This document shows, piece after piece, positions 1 through 7,962 of a stretch of 23,900 nt of DNA. How positions within the stretch are numbered: the first letter of the stretch is position 1; each line of letters opens with the position of its first letter. Source of the stretch: Chthoniobacteraceae bacterium (GTDB lineage Bacteria; Verrucomicrobiota; Verrucomicrobiia; Chthoniobacterales; Chthoniobacteraceae); the NCBI GenBank assembly GCA_031409655.1, contig JANNXQ010000193.1:1-23900 (forward strand), in the 5' to 3' direction. The position numbers and the translations under genes are program-made. Under the pieces are notes generated by a model. The model was given only the letters and a program-made list of their open reading frames with translations, ran no database searches and was not told where the DNA came from.

Positions 1-543
1 CAAAGCCCGCAGGCAAGGCCACACCACGCAAGCCGCTGCGTAAGTTCCGTAGGTGTCCGCTACGCAATCTATACCTCCCGGCATCTGTCAACCTGCACCG
101 TCAACGAAAACCGCACGGAGCTGTGGACACCGCTTACGGAACAACGGACATCCATGTGGATCAAGTCACCGGCGCGTAGCAGTGGAATTCGGGTTTCGTT
201 TGGGCGCACCGCCCCAGCTTCGTGTCCTTTTTCAGCCCACTGCCGGCACCAGTTGCAGCCGGATGGTACGAGATTGACATAACTTCCCTCTAAAACGCTT
301 GGAAGGCGGGAACTACAACGACCATGGGGTGCAATTGCGCCCCCAAAAGCAGCTCGAACAACAACCTCAGCCCTTTCTTCAGCTCGAACTACACGGACGC
401 CCCCGCCCTCCTCCCACAACTGGTGATCGTGCCGTAGGCGTCAGGTGCTCCGAGCGTCCAACGAGTCAGAACGGCTACCGATGCTCCACGCCGACGTCCG
501 AACCTCGCTCCGCTCGGCTCTGTAGTCTGATTTCAGGAGAACC

Positions 544-1695
544 TTACGAAAGAGATGGGAGAGCGTCCGCTGCTTTTCGCAACGAGGAGAGCTCGATGTG
601 TGTGTAGTGCTGGCTGACCGCTTTCGAATCGTGGCCGACGAATTCCTGCACGATCGCAGGGCTGATACCGGCGTTCTTCATCAGGCTCGTGGCGGTGTGC
701 CGGAGGCTGTGGAACGAAAGGTCGTTCTGGCTGCGGCGGCCATCGCGTCCGAGACCGTCGGCTTTCTTCTGATGGGAGCGCGCCGAGGCAAGGCCGACCG
801 AGACCATGAGGGCGTAGAACTGGTTTGAGAGGGTGCCAACGCGCCCGGCTTTCCCGATTACCGCAAGGAAGCCGGGGAAGATCGCACCCGTCGCGGGAGT
901 GCTCGGATCGCGATGCACTTCGAGCCATTTCCGCAATGGTACGGTGATCGGGAGGATCTGGCGGCGATGCGTCTTCTGACTGGTGAACGCGAGCGTGTCG
1001 GTGGCGAAATCCACATTCTCCCACCGCATCCGGGCGATATCGCCAAGGCGCTGGCCGGTGTAAACGCCGAAGAGAATGGCTCCCTTCCATTCGCCGTCCG
1101 CCGCCGCGAGCAGGGTCTTCAATTCCGCCAGGGTGAATGCCCGGCGGGAGGTCGCGTCGAGAGTTGCCTTCAGGAGGGGAACTTTGGCGGCGGGATCGTC
1201 ATCGATGACGCCATCGCGCCACGCCTGCCGAAAGGCCACGCGGAGGATTTTCAACCGGGTATTGACCGTGACCGGAGAACGGCCAGCCGCGACGTGATCC
1301 CGGTAGGCCGCAATGTTGGCTTTGGTCACATAGAGCAGTTGGAGATCGGCGCGATCGGAAAGGAAATCACAGAAGTCTCGAATCACGCTTTCGTAGGCGG
1401 CTCGCGTCGATTCTGAAACCGTTCCCGCCTTCGCCTTCGCCCATTGACCAAAGTGGGACCGCACGGTGGCGGAATCGAGTGCGGTTCCCGAATGCATCCG
1501 ATGAAGGTCGCTGAGGACGCGGCGCACCTGCGCCTCGGTCATCCGCGATCGGGCGGCGGACTCATAGTCCTCGGCGAGCTTGAGCGCGAGTTTTCGATTC
1601 GTGGTCTTGGTGCTGCGTTGGGCGCGTTGACCATTCGCGGACGTGAAGCAGGCGATCCAGTATTTCGAGTTCGGTTTGCGGCGAAGGGAGGACAT
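544..1695 (-). CDS. Tyrosine recombinase/integrase (383 aa)
   Basis: Full catalytic set: TGQRLGD (R), SQKT (K), HSLRH (HxxR), VGH (H), QHYTH (Y). N-terminus MSSLRRKPNSKYWIACF..STKTT resembles an arm-binding domain. Start moved from 1866 to ATG 1695 because the longer ORF reads through the antisense of the tRNA fragment. Confidence 0.93.
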   Translation of the reverse strand: MSSLRRKPNSKYWIACFTSANGQRAQRSTKTTNRKLALKLAEDYESAARSRMTEAQVRRVLSDLHRMHSGTALDSATVRSHFGQWAKAKAGTVSESTRAAYESVIRDFCDFLSDRADLQLLYVTKANIAAYRDHVAAGRSPVTVNTRLKILRVAFRQAWRDGVIDDDPAAKVPLLKATLDATSRRAFTLAELKTLLAAADGEWKGAILFGVYTGQRLGDIARMRWENVDFATDTLAFTSQKTHRRQILPITVPLRKWLEVHRDPSTPATGAIFPGFLAVIGKAGRVGTLSNQFYALMVSVGLASARSHQKKADGLGRDGRRSQNDLSFHSLRHTATSLMKNAGISPAIVQEFVGHDSKAVSQHYTHIELSSLRKAADALPSLS

Positions 1696-1747
1696 AAAGA
1701 CAACGTGAGTGACAACGTCATGCGTGTCAAATGTGTCACCCGTGTCA
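1696..1747 (-). promoter_or_regulatory. Putative leaderless integrase promoter overlapped by short direct repeats (possible arm-type Int sites)
   Basis: Minus strand reads TTGACA(1730-1725)-N17-CACGTT-N6-ATG. On the + strand, GACAACGT occurs at 1699 and 1711, and GTGTCA at 1724, 1733 and 1742. Confidence 0.55.
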
Positions 1748-1753
1748 TTTTTT

Positions 1754-1778
1754 ACTCTGTAGAATCCATTTACAGAGT
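1754..1778. repeat. Perfect 8-bp inverted repeat next to the att site
   Basis: ACTCTGTA(1754-1761)-N9-TACAGAGT(1771-1778). Confidence 0.6.
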
Positions 1779-1783
1779 GCCGG

Positions 1784-1820
1784 AACCCATCCGTGGGTTC
1801 GAATCCCACCCCTTCCGCCA
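1784..1820 (+). tRNA. 3' fragment of tRNA-Ser (att duplication, not a complete tRNA)
   Basis: T-arm GTGGG-TTCGAAT-CCCAC (1793-1809), acceptor 3' strand CCCTTCC, discriminator G and CCA (1818-1820). No matching GGAAGGG 5' strand, D-arm or anticodon arm upstream. Ser is inferred from the GCCA end; the left boundary is approximate. Confidence 0.8.
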
Positions 1821-2030
1821 TTTTCGCCGCGGACTGGCTGTGGGTCGGCAGCGCGACTGCGGCCAATGCCGCTCATGTATGGGGCAGGGTGGCGACGACG
1901 CTTCCGGCAATGCGGATTTCCATGACCCCGATACTTTCGGTCGGAGCTGCTGTCACCTACTCCACATCTGTCGGCGGAGCTTGCGCGCGGTTTGTGGCTC
2001 CGGACGAGGGGGTTTTGCCCGAATTCGTCT

Positions 2031-2876
2031 TTACGCGCGCAGGAAAAAACCTCGCTGGCGGTCGGTGATGGGCTTCTCGAGCTTTTCGAGGACCATGAGC
2101 ATGTCCTCCCAGACCTTGCGCTTTTCGCCGAGGGATTGGTTCCGCAAAAGGTAGGCTGGGTGGTAGGTGGCCATGAGCGGGGTGTCGCGGAAGTCGTGCC
2201 AGCGGGCGCGCAGGCGGGCCATGGGGTCGGTCGCGCCGAGGAGGCCTTCCATGGCGGTGGCACCGAGGGCGACCATGACCTTTGGCTGGATGATCTCGAT
2301 CTGCTGGAGCAGATACGGCTTGCAGGTGTCCATCTCGGCGGGCTTGGGCTTGCGGTTGCCGGGCATGCCGGGGGCCATGTCGGGGCGACACTTGAGGACA
2401 TTGGCGATGTAAACTTCGGCGCGGCTCAGGCCCATGGCCTCGATGATCTTGGTCAGGAGCTGGCCGGCTTTGCCGACGAAGGGTTCGCCGGCTTTGTCCT
2501 CATCTTCGCCAGGGGCTTCGCCAACGAACATGAGTTCGGCGTCGGGGTTGCCCACGCCGAAGACGACCTGGGTGCGCGATTTCACAAGGTGCGGGCAAAG
2601 GGTGCAGGCGAGCACTGGGGTGCGCAGCGCGGCGAGGCGCTCTGCTTTCGGACCGCTCGCGGAGATGCGCACGGGTGCAGCGAGTGGGGCAGACGCCTGC
2701 GGTCTCGCCGGTGCGGACGGAGCGACCGCTGAGGGAGCAGGGGCGATGGACGCGGGGTCTGCGGTGGACACAAATCTTTCGAGCGCGTCGCGGGAGGCCT
2801 GGAGTTGCACGCCTTGTTCGCGGAGGCCGTGCAGGGATTCTTGGACGAGGTCGAGGGCTTGGCGGAATTCACTCAT
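2031..2876 (-). CDS. Uracil-DNA glycosylase, family 4 (Fe-S type)
   Basis: CTLC, VFGVGNP, FVGEAPG, PFVG, NVLKCRP and TYHPAYLLR motifs. ATG 2876 overlaps the upstream TGA stop (ATGA). Confidence 0.93.
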   Translation of the reverse strand: MSEFRQALDLVQESLHGLREQGVQLQASRDALERFVSTADPASIAPAPSAVAPSAPARPQASAPLAAPVRISASGPKAERLAALRTPVLACTLCPHLVKSRTQVVFGVGNPDAELMFVGEAPGEDEDKAGEPFVGKAGQLLTKIIEAMGLSRAEVYIANVLKCRPDMAPGMPGNRKPKPAEMDTCKPYLLQQIEIIQPKVMVALGATAMEGLLGATDPMARLRARWHDFRDTPLMATYHPAYLLRNQSLGEKRKVWEDMLMVLEKLEKPITDRQRGFFLRA

Positions 2877-3781
2877 TGGAGATGCGGCGGGACGCCAGCT
2901 TCCACGAAGTCGGAGGGGATGGGCGACTCGAAACTGAGGCGTTCGCCGGAACGCGGGTGGGTGAAACCAAGCTTCCACGCGTGGAGCATCTGCCGCGGGT
3001 AGCCAGCGCGGCGGCCATAGACTTCGTCGCCGAGGATGGGATGACCAAGGTGTTTCAGATGCACGCGGATCTGGTGGGTGCGACCGGTGTGCAGCGTGCA
3101 TTCGACGAGCGTGGCTCCGGCCACTTCACACAACACCCGCCAGCTCGTCTTTGAAGCGCGGCCCCGATCGCCGGGCACGACGGTCATTTTTTTCCGCTGC
3201 ACGGGGTGGCGCGCGATGGCGGCTTCGATCACGCCGCTGTTGCTCTGAAATTTTCCGCCAGCGAGCGCGAGGTAGATCTTCGTGACTTCGCGTCCGGCGA
3301 ATTGCGCGGCAAGGCGCTCGTGCGTGAAGTCGTTCTTCGCCACGACGAGGCAGCCGCTGGTGTCCTTGTCGAGCCGATGGACGATACCCGGACGCCGCTC
3401 GCCGCCGATGCCGGAAAGATCGTGGCAATGGTGCAGCAGCGCGTTGACGAGCGTGCCGTCCCAATTGCCCGCGCCAGGATGCACGACGAGGCCGGCGGGC
3501 TTCGAGACGACGATCAGGTCGGGGTCTTCAAAGAGGATCGTGAGGGCGATGTCCTCCGCCTTTGTCTCGACGGAAACCGCCGGCGGCTCGACAAGCGCGA
3601 TGGTGTCACCGACGCGCAATCTTGCACTGGCCTTGCTTCCCGAGCCATTGCGGGTGACGTGGCCGCTGGCGATGAGATCCTGGATGCGCGCGCGCGACAG
3701 GGTCGGAGATTGCGCGGCGAGGAAACGGTCGAGCCGCTCGCCGGCGGATTCCGCGGCGACGATGAACTCCGCGGAGACCAT
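2873..3781 (-). CDS. rluD: RluA-family pseudouridine synthase with S4 domain (RluD-like)
   Basis: S4 motif ERLDRFLA..SRARIQ, plus KPAGLVVHP, HRLDKDTSG and GRTHQIRVH. Confidence 0.9.
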   Translation of the reverse strand: MVSAEFIVAAESAGERLDRFLAAQSPTLSRARIQDLIASGHVTRNGSGSKASARLRVGDTIALVEPPAVSVETKAEDIALTILFEDPDLIVVSKPAGLVVHPGAGNWDGTLVNALLHHCHDLSGIGGERRPGIVHRLDKDTSGCLVVAKNDFTHERLAAQFAGREVTKIYLALAGGKFQSNSGVIEAAIARHPVQRKKMTVVPGDRGRASKTSWRVLCEVAGATLVECTLHTGRTHQIRVHLKHLGHPILGDEVYGRRAGYPRQMLHAWKLGFTHPRSGERLSFESPIPSDFVEAGVPPHLQ

Positions 3782-3783
3782 GG

Positions 3784-4395
3784 CTAGAGTTCGATGGCGG
3801 CGATGCGCGCCATCACCCGTTCACTCAGCGCCTGGTAAAGTTCGCGACCTTCGCCGACGAGTTCCGCCTTTGTGAAATGAATCGGCTCGCCGACCACGAC
3901 AGTGACGGGGCGGAAAAGACGCGGTTTTCCTCCCCGAGGAAAAGCTTCGTGCGCGCCGAAAATCCGCATCGGCACGACGGGCGCGAGCGTCTTCGCGATC
4001 ACAAGGCCGAGACCGGGTTGCGCGGGCTGGAGTTGGCCATCGAGCGTGCGCGCGCCTTCCGGGAAGATGACGGTGCAGCCGCCGGCGCGCACCAGTTTGA
4101 TGACGTTCTTCAGCGCGCTGCGGTCGGCATTATCCTGATCCACCGGGATGACGCGCAGGTGCGGAAAGATGGGACCGAGCACTGGCCACTGAAGCAGCGT
4201 CTTGCGGGCGAGGTAGGAAATTTCACGCCGGCACGCGATGCCGGCGAGCGGCGGATCGATGTAACTCTCGTGGTTCATCGCGAGGATGGCGGGACCTTCC
4301 TCGATGATCCGCTCCTTGTTGATCACGCGGTAGTCAAAAAACGTCCGCGCGAGAAATTTCGAGACGTTGTAGAAGAGCTGATAGGTGGCGCCCAC
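3784..4395 (-). CDS. 1-acyl-sn-glycerol-3-phosphate (lysophospholipid) acyltransferase, PlsC family
   Basis: NHESYID (HX4D) and FPEGAR motifs; typical position after cmk. Confidence 0.9.
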   Translation of the reverse strand: MGATYQLFYNVSKFLARTFFDYRVINKERIIEEGPAILAMNHESYIDPPLAGIACRREISYLARKTLLQWPVLGPIFPHLRVIPVDQDNADRSALKNVIKLVRAGGCTVIFPEGARTLDGQLQPAQPGLGLVIAKTLAPVVPMRIFGAHEAFPRGGKPRLFRPVTVVVGEPIHFTKAELVGEGRELYQALSERVMARIAAIEL

Positions 4396-4398
4396 GTG

Positions 4399-4492
4399 GA
4401 TTTCAGATCGCCGATTTCAGATTTCAGATTTGCGCTCTGCGGGCCGTCGCGCGACGACTCACCGCGCGATCCGGGACGTGCAATCGGGAATC
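4399..4492. repeat. Heptamer tandem repeat (GATTTCA-like x5) with a degenerate inverted arm inside the cmk 3' end
   Basis: GATTTCA GATCGCC GATTTCA GATTTCA GATTTGC at 4399-4433; CGCGATC..TGCAATC GGGAATC at 4465-4492. Confidence 0.6.
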
Positions 4493-5136
4493 TGCAGGCC
4501 CTTCAGTTTCAAGCGTCCGACGATCTCACCGACGACGCCGTCGATGGTCAGATTCGAGCTGTCGATGACGTGGGCGTCTTCCGCGATGACGAGCGGGCTC
4601 GCCTTGCGGGTGCTGTCGGTGTGATCGCGCTTCGCGATCGAATCCGCGTGACCCTGGTGGGCGCGGCGCCGAGCGCGGACTTCGACGCTGGCGTCGATGT
4701 AGAATTTGTAGGGCGTGTTCGGGAAGACGGCGCTGCCGATGTCCCGGCCTTCCATCACGACGTCGTGCTCGCCAGCATAGGCGCGCTGTTTTTCGACGAG
4801 CACCCGGCGGACTGCGGTGACGCTGGCGACGGCGGAGACATTGGCGCACACCGCTTCGTCGTTGAGGTGCGGCGTCGGATCGATGTCATCGATGAGGATG
4901 GTCGATTCATGGTCGGCGACGCCGCAGACGATCTTGGAAAAGTGCAGGAGCTGGTGCACGCGTCCTTCGTCGGCGACGGGGACCCCGCGCGACACCGCGA
5001 GCCACGTCACGGCGCGATACATGGCGCCCGTGTTCACATAGAGAAAGCCGATGCGCCGCGCGAGCGCCCGGGCGACGCTGCTCTTCCCGCTGGCCGCGGG
5101 GCCGTCGATGGCGATGACGAGATAAGGGGCGTCCAT
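4459..5136 (-). CDS. cmk: Cytidylate kinase
   Basis: IAIDGPAASGKSS, TGAMYRA and EGRDIG motifs. Confidence 0.96.
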   Translation of the reverse strand: MDAPYLVIAIDGPAASGKSSVARALARRIGFLYVNTGAMYRAVTWLAVSRGVPVADEGRVHQLLHFSKIVCGVADHESTILIDDIDPTPHLNDEAVCANVSAVASVTAVRRVLVEKQRAYAGEHDVVMEGRDIGSAVFPNTPYKFYIDASVEVRARRRAHQGHADSIAKRDHTDSTRKASPLVIAEDAHVIDSSNLTIDGVVGEIVGRLKLKGLQIPDCTSRIAR

Positions 5137-5139
5137 GGC

Positions 5140-6474
5140 TCAGTCTTGCACCGAACCCGGATTGATCACCGGCGTCTGCGGCTCGGTCGGCGGCTTGACG
5201 ATCTTTTCGAGCGCGTCGTGGAAGCCGGGATAGGAGGTATTCACACAATCGACATCGACGATCGTGGTTTCGCCTTCGGCAAAAAGTCCGGCGATCGCGA
5301 AGGCCATGGCAATGCGGTGATCGCCGAAGCTATTCAAGCGCGCCCCTTGCAAAGGAGCGCCACCGATGATCTCCAGCCCGTCTTCGGACTCCGTGACCTG
5401 CGCACCCATCGCGCGGAGATTGGTGGCGATGGCCGCGAGGCGGTCGGTTTCCTTGACCCGGAGTTCGCCGGCATTCGCGATGATCGTGCGGCCATGCGCG
5501 AGCGCGCCGGCGACGGCGAGGATCGGAAGCTCGTCGATGACGTTCGGGATCTCTTTGCCTTCGATGGTCGTGCCTTTGAGCCGCGCGCCGACGATCTCGA
5601 GGACGCCCATCGGCTCCGCGTCTTGATTCTCCACGGTCTCGCGGATGTGGGCGCCCATGCGCACCAGGACGTTGAGCACCCCGGTGCGGGTCTTATTGAG
5701 GCCCACATTTTTAATGAGGACCCGCGAAAGCGGCTGCGCGGCGGCGGCGACGAGCCAAAAGGCCGCGCTCGAAATATCGCCGGGCACTTGAAAGTCGCGC
5801 GACTCCGGCATTTGTCCGCCGTGCAGGCTCGCGGTGAGGTCTTCGGCCTTCAGGCCGACGAGGAAATACTGGAGCATCCGCTCGGTATGATCGCGGCTCT
5901 GGCCCGGCTCGGTGACGCTCGTCTTGCCCTTGGCAAACATGCCCGCAAGCAGGACCGCGCTTTTCACCTGCGCGCTGGCCACGGGGCTGAAGTATTGCAG
6001 GCCCTTGAGGTCGCCACCCTGGATGACGAGCGGCGGGCGCTGGTTCGCGCCCTCAGCGACGATCTTCGCGCCCATCTGGGTGAGCGGTTCGATGACGCGC
6101 GCCATCGGGCGTTTCGAGAGCGAGGCGTCGCCGATGAGGCGCGTTTTGAAAGGCTGCCCGGCGAGCAAGCCGGTGAGCAGACGCATCGTCGTACCGGAAT
6201 TGCCGCAATCGAGGTCGCGCTTCGGGGCGATGAATTCCCGACTGCGCCCGTGGACCACGAGCGTGGTGTCGTCGGCCATCTCGATCTTCACCCCGAGCGA
6301 GCGCATCGCCTCCACGGTGCAGAGACAGTCTTCGCTCGGGAGGAAGCCCTTGATCACGCACACGCCATTCGAGAGCGCCGCAAACATCACCGCGCGATGC
6401 GAGATACTTTTGTCGCCAGGCACCTCGAGTTCGGCCTGGAGGTTGGGGGCTCGGTGGATCTTCCAGTCAGACAT
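5140..6474 (-). CDS. aroA: 3-phosphoshikimate 1-carboxyvinyltransferase (EPSP synthase)
   Basis: PGDKSISHR, CGNSGTTMRL, ASAQVKSA, RDHTERML, ELRVKETDR and DHRIAM motifs. Start at ATG 6474 (MSDWKI). Confidence 0.97.
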   Translation of the reverse strand: MSDWKIHRAPNLQAELEVPGDKSISHRAVMFAALSNGVCVIKGFLPSEDCLCTVEAMRSLGVKIEMADDTTLVVHGRSREFIAPKRDLDCGNSGTTMRLLTGLLAGQPFKTRLIGDASLSKRPMARVIEPLTQMGAKIVAEGANQRPPLVIQGGDLKGLQYFSPVASAQVKSAVLLAGMFAKGKTSVTEPGQSRDHTERMLQYFLVGLKAEDLTASLHGGQMPESRDFQVPGDISSAAFWLVAAAAQPLSRVLIKNVGLNKTRTGVLNVLVRMGAHIRETVENQDAEPMGVLEIVGARLKGTTIEGKEIPNVIDELPILAVAGALAHGRTIIANAGELRVKETDRLAAIATNLRAMGAQVTESEDGLEIIGGAPLQGARLNSFGDHRIAMAFAIAGLFAEGETTIVDVDCVNTSYPGFHDALEKIVKPPTEPQTPVINPGSVQD

Positions 6475-7336
6475 TGGCAGAGTTCGGGAAGCGCACGTTG
6501 GCGCGGCGTAGTTGGGCGTGGGTGAGGAGGGCGCGGATCGCGGGGTCGGCCGGGTCGCGGGCGAGGATGTTCGCGATTTCGCGGAGCTTTTCAATCATCG
6601 CGTCGAGCGCCCCGCGCACGGCGGGGGCATTCGCCGCGAGGATGCCAGCCCACATCTCCGGCGGGCCACTGGCGACGCGCGTGGTATCGCGGAAACCTGG
6701 CCCGCAAAAATCGAAGGCGGGGTCCTGCCGCTCGGCGACCACATTCACGAGCGTCGCGGCGAGGAGATGCGGAAAGTGGCTGATCAGCGCGACGGCCTCA
6801 TCGTGCGCGGCTGGCGAGAGCTGGCGGACTTCACCGCCGAGCGATTGCCAAAATTCACCCACCTCCGCGACAGCCGCGGCATCCGAGTCCGCCACGGGCG
6901 TGACGATGCAGGTGGCTCCGCGGAAAAGATCCGCCCGAGCCGCGCGCAAGCCCGTCTGCTCCGAGCCGGCCATCGGATGACTGCCCACGAAACGCGGCCC
7001 GCCCTGGAAGATCGCACCGAGTTCCGCGACCACCGTGGCTTTCACACTGCCGACATCCGTGACGATCGCACCCGGCTTCGCCGCACCCACGATCTCACGC
7101 GCCAGCTCGGCCATCGCGTCGATCGGCGTGCAGAGGATGATGAGATCAGCATCGCGCACCACCCGCGCCAGTTTCGTCGCCGCGTATTGCGCGATGACCA
7201 TCGCTTTCAACTCCTCCACCATCTCGGGCCGCCGCGCCCAGATCGCCACGGAGACATCCTTCCGCCCGCGCAAGGCGAGCGCGATGGACCCGCCGAGAAG
7301 GCCGGGACCGACGATGGCGACGCGCTGAATGCTCAT
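6467..7336 (-). CDS. tyrA: Prephenate/arogenate dehydrogenase
   Basis: Rossmann motif GPGLLGGS, plus DVGSVK, HPMAGSE, HD..ISHFPH and GFRDTTRVA; overlaps the aroA start. Confidence 0.93.
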   Translation of the reverse strand: MSIQRVAIVGPGLLGGSIALALRGRKDVSVAIWARRPEMVEELKAMVIAQYAATKLARVVRDADLIILCTPIDAMAELAREIVGAAKPGAIVTDVGSVKATVVAELGAIFQGGPRFVGSHPMAGSEQTGLRAARADLFRGATCIVTPVADSDAAAVAEVGEFWQSLGGEVRQLSPAAHDEAVALISHFPHLLAATLVNVVAERQDPAFDFCGPGFRDTTRVASGPPEMWAGILAANAPAVRGALDAMIEKLREIANILARDPADPAIRALLTHAQLRRANVRFPNSANV

Positions 7337-7342
7337 GCGGGT

Positions 7343-7383
7343 AAAAGAAACCCCGGCTTGCGACGGAGGCCGACAAGCCGGGG
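7343..7383 (-). terminator. Intrinsic terminator after the lipoprotein gene
   Basis: 10-bp stem CCCCGGCTTG(7351-7360)/CAAGCCGGGG(7374-7383), followed on the minus strand by TTTCTTTT. Confidence 0.75.
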
Positions 7384-7408
7384 AAAAAGGAGCGGATCGT
7401 GCGGCGGA

Positions 7409-7825
7409 TTACGGGACGAGGAACGTCTTGCCGGAATACGGATCCTTCACCTCCGTGCCTGGAGGAAAGCCGCGCACGTCGATGTAACCGGCCGCGGGCG
7501 CAAAAGGACTGGTCACGAAGCCAGGCTTGCCAGCGACGCCCTTTGCATAGGGGAGGTCACCCGTCTTCACTGGCGGCTCGGAAGTCGGCGGAGGATTGTT
7601 GTTGGGGGTCGAAGGTGGTGCCTCTTCGGGCTTTTCCCGGCGCTTCTTCGGGGCGGAAGGATCGTCGGAAGGCGCATCCATCGAAGGCTCATCGGAGACG
7701 GGAGGGGCTGCGCGGTAGCCCCCTTCACGCTGCTTGGGTTTGCGTTCAGAACGGGTGGATTCGCACCCGACGACGAGGATCGCGCAGAGGGCGACCATGG
7801 CCGGGGAAATGAGATGCTTGATCAT
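7409..7825 (-). CDS. Hypothetical lipoprotein with Pro-rich linker and small C-terminal domain
   Basis: Lipobox-like LVVG-C signal, low-complexity linker, compact C-terminal domain PYAKGVAGKPGFVTSPF..DVRGFPPG..DPYSGKTFLVP; followed by a terminator. Confidence 0.8.
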   Translation of the reverse strand: MIKHLISPAMVALCAILVVGCESTRSERKPKQREGGYRAAPPVSDEPSMDAPSDDPSAPKKRREKPEEAPPSTPNNNPPPTSEPPVKTGDLPYAKGVAGKPGFVTSPFAPAAGYIDVRGFPPGTEVKDPYSGKTFLVP

Positions 7826-7885
7826 GTGGGCTGGCTATTAACTGAGGGGCTCGGGACTGACAATTGGAAATTTGCGCGGGCGTCG

Positions 7886-7913
7886 TTCTGGGAGCGCCGC
7901 GGTCCTGGGCGGC
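7886..7913 (+). repeat. Degenerate single REP-like unit
   Basis: TTCTGGGAGC followed by a GCCGC..GCGGC hairpin, resembling the TTCCGGGGAGC end of the 19156 element. Confidence 0.35.
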
Positions 7914-7962
7914 AATCGTCCGAAGCGCCCAGCGCCAAATTAGACAAAGCGTGGCGCTCCCA

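Larger units (their letters stand above)
1..1820. mobile_element. Right end of a tRNA-Ser-targeted integrative element (genomic island or prophage-like); left boundary lies outside the window
   Basis: A tyrosine integrase gene sits next to an isolated 3' tRNA fragment ending CCA at 1820, and core housekeeping genes begin to its right. Confidence 0.75.

Noticed and set aside
53..607. Short ORFs at the left end (53-277, 69-419, 299-607)
   Set aside because: Mutually overlapping, with no recognisable motifs or convincing starts; none can be supported as a gene.
1730..1820. Complete tRNA gene
   Set aside because: No 5' acceptor strand, D-arm or anticodon arm; only the 3' part is present.
1696..1866. 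57-aa N-terminal extension of the integrase (MAEGVGFEPT...)
   Set aside because: It is the antisense translation of the tRNA fragment and att region, a common artefact.
5134..5142. Programmed read-through giving an AroA-Cmk fusion (TGA GCC ATG in frame)
   Set aside because: In-frame spacing occurs one time in three by chance, both genes are complete and no recoding signal is visible.
3877..6525. 882-aa + strand ORF
   Set aside because: Antisense shadow of plsC, cmk and aroA, which share one reading frame in high-GC DNA; no recognisable motifs.
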